Below, piece by piece: positions 25,226 through 36,175 of a stretch of DNA of 64,000 nt. This DNA is from Chiloscyllium plagiosum (lineage: Eukaryota). Each line of letters starts with the position of its first letter. Positions within the stretch are counted from its first letter, which is position 1. The notes below the pieces were generated by a model. That model made no database searches and had not been told where the DNA came from. It saw nothing but the letters and a program-made list of their open reading frames with translations. Location of the stretch: NCBI RefSeq assembly GCF_004010195.1, contig NC_057753.1, positions 12,294,842 to 12,358,841 of the forward strand, read 5' to 3'. Position numbers and translations under genes: made by a program.

Positions 25226-26677
25226 TTTTTTTTCGAACTTCACTTCTTGAAGTAGCCAGAACATCTTCAATCCATCTCCAGCTCCAAAGTCCTTGTACCG
25301 TGAAATAATTCATGTACATGTTTCTGCATGCTCTGTCATGCCTTCACATCCGTCCAAAATGACGTTTCCACTAACTAATACAATGTTCTCGTTGGTTTCA
25401 AAGCATGTTTTACAGATTTAACTGTCTATTTGGTTTTGGACTGAATGCCCCTCTTAATACAGCTTATGAGACTGATGGCATTATTTTGCAATTTATCACG
25501 ACAGTTTCATTATCTTATGCCTGTATGTTAACGTTCTGCGACATTCCATAACCACACTGTAGCTCCAGGATAACTTTGGAACTATTCGTCTTTCCATACA
25601 TCAGGGAACAAATCTCGCTTGATTTTACTTCTCTGATAACTGTTTCTAATCTTTTCATTTCAAAATCTATAACTCTCATTTTGTGACGTTGGCTTGCTGT
25701 TTCCCATCCCGTGAATTGGTCCCAAAGTCGCACAATTGACATGTGGGTTCAGGCATTGCCACTTACACAGTGGTTTTTCCCTCACTGAGAACTAGATTCT
25801 CAGGATATCTGACAATTTCAAGTACCTCACTCCATTGATGAACAGTTCTCCGAGATTCCTGGCAAGGTGTTCTCTGAAATTTACATAACATGGAGACATC
25901 AGATCAAGAATAGTCCATTCAGGGCAATTGACTGCATTTGTTTTTGTGCGCTCCAAATGCCTTCTCCCTCCTGAACTATAACGAATACATTTCTAACTGA
26001 TTCCTGTTTCCTTCCATTCCCTTCCAGTTTTCTTTCTCCAGTTTGCAATGACGCCATCATCATAATGAACCATTCGTTCCAATCACTCCACTTGTCAGCC
26101 AGCTCCACATTCTGAACTGTCTCAGTTCAAATAAATTCCTCTGAATACATCTATCTATTGTCTTGGCGCTTCATGTATTGTAAGGCACTTTCGTATTGAG
26201 TGACATACAATTGGACCAATCTCCACATGCATTTGGTTTCGCTATTAACCGAAGGTCAAAGATTTCTCTGGAACCTTTTCATTCTGCCAACTTTCGAGAG
26301 GAGCCCCAGGCTTTTCAAACTTTCCAAATGACGCGTAATTCTGCTCAACCGTTTATTGAATGGTGTAAAATAAAATCAAGTTGATGATGCAAAAATCTGA
26401 ACAAGAGAGGCCATTCCTCCCTTAAATAGGGCCGGAAAATTGAGCAATATCAGCGTGGCTCATCTGTCTTCACATTATGCCCCCCCGCTGTTTCCAAATA
26501 CTTTGATATCGTTTGCATTAAAACATCTATCACAATGTGGATTATTTATCAGATCCCTTAAGAAATGGATACGTTTTTATTAAGTACAGTCGTTTTCATA
26601 AATTATGGTTAATATAATACAACCTCCTGTAGTCCTATAGGTAACTGTGACCCTGTGCTTGCAGTTGAAGTTCAGCG

Positions 26678-27705
26678 TTATAGATTCAAAGAGATGTGTA
26701 GCATGGAAACAGACCAATCAGATCAATTCGTCCATGACGACCAGGAAGCTTCAATTTATCTAGTCCCATTTCCCAGCATTTATCCCACATCCCACGTCAG
26801 CCTTCCTAATCAAATGCCTATCCTGTTGACTTTCAAATGTTGCAATTGTAACTGTGTCTGTTCCTTGCTCTGGCAGTTCATTCCATAAACGCGCCACACT
26901 CAACATGAGAAAGTTAATGTTTATGTCTGGTTTAAATCTCCCCCCGTCGCATGAAAGCGATGCTCTCTAATTTTGGACTCCCTCACGCTGTGGAAAAGAT
27001 ATTGGCTATTCACTCTATCTATTCTGCTCATCATTTTATAAACTTCTGTCATGTTACACCACAGTCTCTGAATCTCTAGGGAGAAAAACCTCAGTGCATT
27101 CTGTGTCTGCTTATGCCTCAAACCCTCCAAACCTCTGAACATCCGCGCAAATCTCTTCTGAGTCCTTTTTCCGTTTCACAATATCTTTCGTATAGCAGGG
27201 ATAACAGAATTGAACGCATTATACGAATGGCCTAACCAATGTCCTGTTCAGGTGCAACGTGACCCTCCTAACTGCTATATTTAATGCACTGACAAAGAAT
27301 GGGAACCTTTGGAAACTCCTTCTTCACTGTACTGTCTACCTGCAACTCCAATTACGAAGAACCTGCACTACACGTTCTCTTTATTTGTCAACGCTCACCA
27401 GGTCCTTACCACTGAACGTAGACGCTGCCCTGATTTGCCCTAAAAAAAAGGTTGCATCTCATCTTTCATCTAGTCTAAACGCTGTTTGCCATTCCACAAC
27501 CCATGAACCGTCTGACCAAGATCCAGTTGTATTCTGAGGAAAATGTTTTTGTCTACTATATCACCAACTTTGGTGTTACTTGGAATCTTATTAACTAGAC
27601 CTCCGTTATTCTCATTCAAAAAGCAGTTCACCCAGCACCGATCCTTGTGCCACACTGCTGGTCACAGTCCCCCAGTTCTCAGAGCAACACTGCACCACCA
27701 CCCGC
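26678..27705 (-). mobile_element. CR1 LINE 3' fragment
   Basis: FFSLEIQRLWCNMTEVYKMMSRIDRVNSQYLF plus the CR1 3' UTR. Confidence 0.8.
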
Positions 27706-28926
27706 TGACCAAACAATAGATCCGCTTACTGTGAAAGGAAGAAGCAAAACGAAACACAAGGCCTCAGCAACCCACTGATATTAAAGGTTACTTCGCCTCT
27801 GTATTTCGACTGATTCAACATACGGTGGATAGTTATGTCTCCTGTTTACACAACTGTTAAATTAATGAGTTCAGTGGTATAAGAGTGTTGTTCAAGGTTG
27901 GCATGACATCAACCTGGAAAAAAAAATGTCGTTATAAAAGAAGGACTTTGGAGACGTCTACAGTGACAAATCGGGCAACATCTTAAAACCAGACATCTCT
28001 TGGAGGGGTCCTTGAAAGTCAGAAAAGACCATGAATTACCAGATTGAAAGGAGCCAGTTTATCACGATCGGGCATTATCTAGATTTATGTCAAACTGTTA
28101 AATACTGCGTTGATTGTCTGCTTTCTATGAATTGAAAAGTTGAACATAAATGGAAAGTCGCATTCGTTTCTAATTTGGCTGTTTGTCAGAAAATTCGAGA
28201 TCCCAGTCGAAAAAAGCCAGCATCAGTATTTCAAACATTAACATTTACGATGGGTGGGTGCCTGAAATTATTTGTTTCCTTCTAAGGGAGGAAAGGGATG
28301 AAATTAATGCGAATATTAAGGCAACAGAAAGAAACATCGGAAAGGATAAAATTAAGTTCAGCCACTTGTAAAATTCAGCCAATTGTAAAATTCTGCCAGG
28401 ACTAAAACTAGGAAATCTGTAGCCTGCTCTAACATGTTCTCGGCTTTGTGCCTCTCCAGAACTCAGACAAATCATTGCAAAACAAGGCGCTCTTTCCTGA
28501 TTCCTCATTCCCATTGCCAGGATCAGACAGAAATCCTCTGCACATAAGACAGCTCCTTTATTGCAGTAGCATCCAATTCAACATGTGTGCTTGGGACTTA
28601 GCAGTTTGATAACCTGAATCCATTTAGAACAATTGACATTGAGAGTGAGAGACTAGGATTATGTTTGCATTACCTTAGGTCCATTTTATACTAAGAATGT
28701 TACAGATCAGGTCAACCAAACCTATTGTCTCTTGTCTCTGGTTTACTCCCAGCCGTGACTCATACTGCTAATTCTGCTCTCAAATCTAAAATTGCAATGA
28801 AAACTTGCCTTAAAAAAGTGTTATTTTAAATCAAGTTATGTTGATGGAATATAGATCTCAAGAATACAGCTACAGTAAGTAGTTTCCTGCACAATGTTGA
28901 ACACGGTCGGTTTTGAATTCACTTAC

Positions 28927-28979
28927 CAGCTGTGACGGTCACCATTGTCCCAGATCCATCCACTGCTTCATCATAGTAC
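28927..28979 (-). CDS. NAR-TCR J segment
   Basis: YYDEAVDGSGTMVTVTA + G|GTAAGT donor (IgNAR-type xGxGTxVTV). Preceded by an RSS that reads on the + strand CACAATG (28980-28986)-23 nt-GCAAAAAAC (29010-29018). Confidence 0.9.
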
Positions 28980-29328
28980 CACAATGACAAGGTTCTCGGT
29001 CACACCTTTGCAAAAAACTACTTACACACCAATCTCTTTGGTAAAAACCATCACTCGGTTTTACCTCATTATCGAGTTGCTTTGAGTCAGCACACTCAAT
29101 TCCAATTTGGATATAAAACGTCAGTTTAAGTTGTCTTTGAGGAAATTCTAAAATCTTCGAGACAAGGCACAAGAACCTGAACTGGAGATTAGCTCTTCTC
29201 AAAAATTGAGTGCAATGTAAAAGATCCAGAATAGAAGTCAGAAAGTACAGTAAAATCAAACCAGGACGCCAACTTTTTCTAATGCATACGTAGCCACGGG
29301 CCACAGAACATTGATTGTAATTGGACAT

Positions 29329-29400
29329 GATATTTGTTTAGGTCTCATTCACTGTGTAATTCCAAACATTCACACAATGTTTCTAGTCAGCATCAATACT
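29329..29400 (-). other. NAR-TCR D segment (16 nt, 29372-29357) flanked by two 12-RSS
   Basis: AGTATTGAT-12-CATTGTG [TGAATGTTTGGAATTA] CACAGTG-12-ACAAATATC. Confidence 0.85.
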
Positions 29401-29714
29401 CCCGGTATTAGTCAGATGCGAATTTTTTGTTTTTAAAGCGGCTCCAGGTCCCAGCATCAGAATTGGATCCCATCTGTTATTAGTGCCGCCTAAAAGGGAT
29501 CAGTCATTCTCAACACGGATTCATTAACAGCGATCCAACAAAAGACATCACTAACGAACGTTTTCAGCATTTACAAAACTCAAAATGATAACAGCGACAA
29601 CCTAATTTTAGTATAAACTGGACTGTGGAGTTGGTGGTCAGAGACGGAGACGTGGGGAGTTCAAGGCTAACGGGCTTCGGAATTTCATTTACTTCTGTGA
29701 TAATATGCGGAGAG

Positions 29715-29752
29715 TGTTTTGGTATGGTGGGAGGCAGGGTCAAATCATTGTG
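29715..29752 (-). other. 22-spacer RSS of the NAR-TCR V
   Basis: CACAATG-atttgaccctgcctcccaccat (22)-ACCAAAACA. Confidence 0.9.
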
Positions 29753-30215
29753 TGCTATAGCTATACCAAGCTTTACAATAATAGGTGGCAGTGTCTTTAA
29801 CATTCACATCATGAACCTCCAGCGAAAATGTCTTTTCTTCTTTATTCGTCCTCACAACAAACCGTCCTGCTGACAAGATCCGCTCTCGCTTTGTTCCAGT
29901 CTGTGTTTGTTTGAAGAATTCCCCCCGCTGCAAAGCAAATGCGAAGAAGCCACCGTAGAAAACGCAGTTGATGGTAAAAGACTGGCACTCTTCCTTGATG
30001 TCCGCTGGTGGGGACTGTACCACTGACTGACAGAAGGATTCTGGAAATTAAACGGAGAGATATTAGTCCGCACAGTGGAACTCAACCAGAGACAATGCCT
30101 GTATTTTTGTTGTGGATTCGGGAAGCTTTGTACTACTTGTGCACCATGTTGGATTGTTGGATCCGTACTGACCGTGTATATAGGCACACAGTAAAAAGAC
30201 AAGAATAACTCCCAT
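29753..30215 (-). CDS. NAR-TCR V segment (IgNAR-like V); leader exon 30215-30173, V exon 30040-29753
   Basis: Leader MGVILVFLLCAYIH + G|GTCAGT. V exon (E)SFCQSVVQSPPADIKEECQSFTINCVF...FFKQTQTGTKRERILSAGRFVVRTNKEEKTFSLEVHDVNVKDTATYYCKAWYSYS shows the IgNAR-type short FR2/no CDR2, YYCKA and an extra FR1 Cys. Confidence 0.93.
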
Positions 30216-32644
30216 CGTGCTGCTGCCTGGTGTAGCAGATGATTCATGCAGTCTGGAAGTTGACTGCTCCTCTGGGAGATGGCAGCTCAGAGCTGGACTA
30301 AAATGAAGGAGAATGATCACGTTAATTTGCAGATGCAGATGTCCTTGATCCGGATGTGAAATCATTGCCAACATTACGCTGACGTACAGGGGGTGGGGTT
30401 GGAAACTATTGTGTGAGTAGAGGCTGCATCTACGTCCACCCTGAGAGCTGAGCGGGAAAGTTGGTCATCTGGTTTCATTTGTGCTTTTCTTTGAGTTTGA
30501 AATGTTGGTCCAGGACTCGGGGTATATTTCACAATCTGGAAACCCCATTCGCTACATTCCATTACTAACACGGAGTCATTAATGTTCCCCTGAACTGGTT
30601 GGCATGATTTTGGTACAATATATAACCAGGAGGAGAGCGCCTTAGACTCAGTCAATCCGTATCTGTCTGACCTCTGAGTCTTAGGTTCACATGTGAGATA
30701 ACTCAGTCAAATTGTCGACATTGTGAAACACCGTATGGAAACATCTTCAAGTATTCATTTTGTGAAGGGTTTCATACCAATGTACAGTTTGACAGTTTGA
30801 TTAATCAACTCAAGCCTGTCGTGACGTTTAAAAAGTCCAAGATTTATCTGAATTCTCCGCATTCCCATCGACTGACAATTAAGATCCATGCTTTTTTAAA
30901 AGCAGGAATGTATCTAAATTTGCCTTAAAATATTCAAATACCTACTGTAGTGCCTTTTGAGAAAGAGAGTACCAAAACCTCACAGACCTCTACGAGGAAG
31001 TAAATCATCTTTATCTGTGTAGTAAATGATCGAATTCTCATCATTCACCTGGGATTCCGAGTTCAAGATTCGCCAAGAAGATAGAACATTCTTTATATAC
31101 TTGCCTTGTCAAAACCTCCCAAGATCTTATATTTGCGAGTGAAATGGACTCTTTCTCTTCTGGCCTCCAATGAACAAGTCTCATCTGTTCATGCTGACTT
31201 CGCAAGTCAACCATTCGAGACATTGCTTCAGTATAATTTCGGTGTACTGCTTTCAATACTTTCTCACTCTTCTGAACTGAAGAGTTCATTACAGTGCATA
31301 GAACGACAGTTGTGGTCGCACAAACAAATGTGAATCTGAAGAAGAACCTTCTGAATGCTGTATGAGTTTCTGCTTAGAATAGAATGTGAGAAAGTGTTCC
31401 CACTCCTAAAATATTCGCGAGCCAGCAGACACACATTTAGCAGTGCGTGGGCCACAAGCCCCAGAGCACCGTATGAACCAATAGCCCCGAAGCAGCCAAT
31501 GGGCCACGACCCCTGGAACTGCATAAGGTTTGTCGGTTTTGAAGCAGGGGAACAGAGCAGTGCGTGGAAGCAGTCCTACAGCAGCACGCCAGCAACCAGC
31601 CACAGAGCACCGTATATGCAGTGAGTCACAGGCAGACATCGGTACGGAGGAAGCAGTTCATGAATTGCCCTGGAACAGTTGAATGCTGGTATGAAACGAA
31701 CTGTGGCTTAGAGCAGAGCGAGGATTGCTGGTGGATGGTGGACTAAGATCTGGCGCGTTTGGTCCAACCACATACAGAGACACTGTGCTGAGCTGCTGTG
31801 ACATAATGTCTATTTGTATTTTTAAACGTGTTAAACTTGGTGTAATAATGCAATTAATTCTATTTCACTATTGTATTCAAGATTTGCACTGAAAACGTGT
31901 ACCCCTAATATTTCGCCATAGGAAGGCAGCCATTGCAAATGATTTTCACTGTACTCTTGCAATGTGCACGTGACAATAAAATGATATTCTAATCTTGTAA
32001 TATTCCAGAAGAAGCATTGCAAAAAAAGTAATGTGAGGATGAGATAAACTCTTTTTCACACAATGAACCATATATTTATGGATGAAAAGCCGAGGAGAGG
32101 CTGCAGACAGTTTTAATTGAGATACTGAAGAGGGCTTTTGATATTGTATATCAAAAAAGTGCGAAGGTTATGTGCGGAAGTTTCATGAGTTTGACACTAA
32201 GCTGTTGAATAGCCGCCTCTGGTCGAGTAACAAAACGTGAATCTATGGCTCTATGAGTTCCATTGGGCAAAAATGAAAATATTCTATCAATCTTCCTAAT
32301 TATTTCCTGCACGTCAGTCCTAACCTGCCATTCTTCATGGACTGTGACACCCTTCTGCATCTTAGAGCTCTGCAACTCTCGCCATTTAGATAATGTACTT
32401 CTTTTTTATTCTTCCTACCCTATCGGACAATTTCAAATGTTTACGCACATTGCTTTATCTTCCGGATCTTTCTGCAGTTGCAGAACCTATCTGTATTCGT
32501 CTTGTCCTTTGTTTTGATGTTAATCAACTTACTCAGCTTCTTCTTCTTGAGAGTCACTTACGTCACACTTTCTCAATATTCAGGTCCCGGTGACATTTAC
32601 CTCACTGAACTGAATTCCAGTAACCTCGACTGCATTGTTCTGAA

Positions 32645-32940
32645 GGTGTCACGGTGGCTCAGTGGTTAGCATTGCCGCCAGGGACTCGGTTCGATACTAA
32701 CCTCGATTGACTGTCAATGTGGAGTTTGCATATTTTCCCCGCATCTGCGTGGGTTTTCTCTATGCGCTGCAGTTTCCTCCCACAATCCAAACATGTGCAG
32801 GTTTGGTGAATTGGCAATGATAAATTGCCCATTGGTCAGGGGTGATTATGAGATAATCGGGTTGGTGAATCTGTCTGGGTGGGTTACTTTGCTGAGTGTC
32901 GTTGTGGGCCTGTTGCCACACTGTAGTGATTCTCTATGAG
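32645..32940 (+). mobile_element. HE1-like SINE
   Basis: 'acggtggctcagtggttagcattg...gtggagtttgca...ctgcgtgggtttt'. Confidence 0.85.
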
Positions 32941-34474
32941 AAGGCGATAGCTATGCTCCAGGATGTTCAATATTCGCAGGTACTCACAGACAATCTGAGC
33001 ATTGGGTTACGCAAAACAAAAAAACAAAAACTTGCCAATCTGTCGATGCCAATCTGCAGACCACTATATCTGAATACGACTGTTCAGAATAGATCTGCAT
33101 GCTTAATATTCATTGATAGTTAGATTATTGAAAACAGGAGTTAAGCACACTCTTGTGTAAACAATGACCGAGCAATTAGATGTCATTGCAGAAGGCCACT
33201 TTGCAGTCTTCTGTTAATCTTCATATTATCGCTTCTTTAATCTTTGGCACAACACAGCACAAGTTTAAATTTTGATCCGATCTCGACTTTAAAGACCACT
33301 GTTTTAAATTCAACAATGAAACTGATATGCCAGCAGCTTTAAATTCAAAGTCCCAGCAACAAATGTTGCCTTTTTTGTGGAGAATATTTTATCTTTGTAT
33401 TAAAATGTAAACTTTGTTTGTTCTCTGACCTCCAGACGCTTGCATTGTCTCTAATAGCTAGAACACATAATTTGAAAGATAATGGTAAATTGTTACCAAA
33501 TTAATTAGGTTTTAAATAGATGTAACCACAAAGTTACTCACTAAAATCTAGGATTTTAACACATAGTTATAAATAATATGTTGTTGTGTTACTCATATAA
33601 TTTGAATAATCTTCATTCCCTTTAATTCTCAAATTAAACCTTGTCAAATCCCATGAAGGAAAAACATTATATTCATCCAAATCATCAATTTCATTCGAGC
33701 AACAGCTGCAATTATTTGTCTCCTGAAACAAATGTAATTAGTTCAATCATCAAACCAACTAATAACCTCGCTGCAGCCTGGTGTTATGAATAATAGCGAA
33801 CATTTTAGGACATTGCACAACACACTCAGAGCCTCTGTTAAAAATGCACAGAACACCAGCATTTGTGGGAATTGCCATTTATTATCCTATCCAAGGAGCG
33901 AACGGAATTCCAGGTAAAGTATTGTCGAGAGTTTGCAGGTGAGAGTATCATTGTTTGGTTCTAGAAATGCTACAATTTTACCTGAAGCACATCTGTACGT
34001 TCTAGTTTAACATGCTTTTGTTCTTTGCATTCCATGGCATGAATTCTCTTTCACATCATCACTAGTCCAATATAACGATATTAATTCGCCAATTGAGTTT
34101 TTTTTTTGGTATGAATGTTATAATTGCACTCCTTTAAACGGGGAATTTCTTCTTGTTAAGAAGAAAGTACTTTATCAAAGTGTTTTCTCGGCTTCGACTT
34201 AATGCTATCTTCTTGTGACTTTTGCCATTTGAATGTTTGAACGGTGTCACTGATTTTACTAGAATAAGATGAAACATATGTACTTCTACCTTTTTAACGG
34301 ACAGAGACATATTGAATGAATTATGACACTGTTGTCGTAATTTAATGACAATTACAGGCCGTCACTGAAAATGTGTGTGAATTACTGATGTAATATTATC
34401 ATTGCTATTATTATGCAAACATAACTGGAATGTGACATTACCACTGTCCTGTGGTGAATTGGCATAATGCTCCT

Positions 34475-34732
34475 ACAGTTTCGATTACCTACAGTGTGGG
34501 AAGAGGCCCTTCGGCCCAACCCGACCCTCCGAAGAGTAAACCACGCGGACCCCCTTCCCTCTGACTCATGCACCTAACACTATGGGCAATTTAACATGTC
34601 TTTGGGAGGCAAACCATGCAGACACGCGGACAATATGCAAACTCCATGCAAACAATCGCCCAAGAGTGGGATCGAACCGGGCTCCTTGGCTCTGCGAAGC
34701 AGCAGTGCAAACCACTGAGCCACCGTGCCGCA
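34475..34732 (-). mobile_element. HE1-like SINE in the GPCR intron
   Basis: 'gaagcagcagtgcaaaccactgagccaccgtgcc'. Confidence 0.8.
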
Positions 34733-35844
34733 GCTGCATTATTTGCCATTTACTTATACATTCCTTGCTACTTCCTTAGATTTAATGCTTTCAGAATGTA
34801 ATGACATTCCATTAATCTGGCAAACAGAATTTATATTTTAATGGTAGAATGTTTGTTTAAGGCGTAAGAATAATTTCTTACTTCGGATCACATCTTAAAT
34901 AAACGCTTCCAAAATGGAGTTTGTAAAATAGTCAGGAGATTTGACTGGGATCTGAACCTGTAACGATCCTGTTCTGCATTAATGACGCACAAAATGTCTC
35001 TCTTCCTTTCTTTTTATCGTTCTGCATCATTCTCTTTCTTTCTCTATCCCTATTTTTTTATATATATAAACGAACGAATTCAGTGATTGTGCTGCATGTT
35101 TCTAGTTTGCCAGTGTCTGCTGATTTCCTTGTTTGTGGCGAGATTTTAGTCATGATCATAACTGCAATGTCAGACTGGATTCTTTAATTTTTTTCCCTTT
35201 TTTGTTTTCTATCTAGTAGACTCAAGCAATTTGCATTTTGTCTTAATTCCTCCAACTTTTGCCAATCCGTTTACATTTTAATTGATTTCTTTGTCCTGCA
35301 TTCAAGCAAGTGGAAATGACACATTGCACACAGAGGTGATTGCATGCTTTGATATGAGCAATGTTAAACACAAAAAATCATGTGTTTCTAATTTCAAATG
35401 CACATGGTTTAATGAAAGAATACAATTGTACATTGAGTTGCTCATGGATATGTAAGCAGTACAAGTTGAACGCTTTTAGAAACCCTTCATAATTTCCTAA
35501 AGCTCAATATTTTCATTGTGATTCTCTGAGCAATTCCTTATTTTGACCTTCAATCATTCCAACAGTGGATAATTTTGCAATAGTTTGTCATTTGGGGCAG
35601 ATTGTGGTCTTCAGAAAAGTATGATACTTGTTCTTTTTAGTTTCCTGATTTCTTTTGGATTATTTTCCTATTTCTCAGCAAGAATACATTTCCATACTTT
35701 GTTAGTGTGACAATAATAAATCTTATTGCCCTTAATTTCATGACACTGATGAAAACTTTCGATGTATTTTGCTCTCTGATGTGTGCGTCATTATATTATT
35801 TTGAGTTCTTGTTCCATTGTTCTGTTTGTGTTCAAATCAGGAAT

Positions 35845-36175
35845 CATGGCATCCGGGCAGTGCAGATAGAGACAATTCAACCAATTATGTGTGTTCTCAC
35901 TCTCGGAAGATCCACCTATCCAATCCCCAAAAACCCACACTCATCATCATTAACCCACCTAACCTAAACTTTCCTGGACGCTATGGGATAATATAGCATA
36001 GCCAATGAAAATAACCTGCACAACTTTGCACGGTGAAAGGAAGTCGTAGCACCCAGAGGAAACGCACACAGATATGGGGAGAATGTGCAAACTCGACACA
36101 TGCAATCGACCAAGACTGGAATCAAGCATGGGTTCTTGTTGATATGAAGCAGCAGGGCCCACCAATATGCCATGG
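35845..36175 (-). mobile_element. HE1-like SINE (diverged) in the GPCR intron
   Basis: 'agcacccagaggaaacgcacacagatatggggagaatgtgcaaactc'. Confidence 0.75.

Noticed and set aside
25766-25780. Perfect CACAGTG next to a GGTTTTT tract in the J-V intron
   Set aside because: No 12/23 spacer geometry and no coding segment; a chance heptamer.
30324-30340. Octamer-like ATTTGCAG/ATGCAGAT upstream of the NAR-TCR leader
   Set aside because: Each has a mismatch to ATGCAAAT and such near-matches are common in AT-rich DNA.
31435-31625. Short imperfect direct repeats (agcagtgcgtgg...cagagcaccgtat)
   Set aside because: Only two copies, probably inside a decayed LINE; not an array, and CRISPR is not applicable to this eukaryotic locus.
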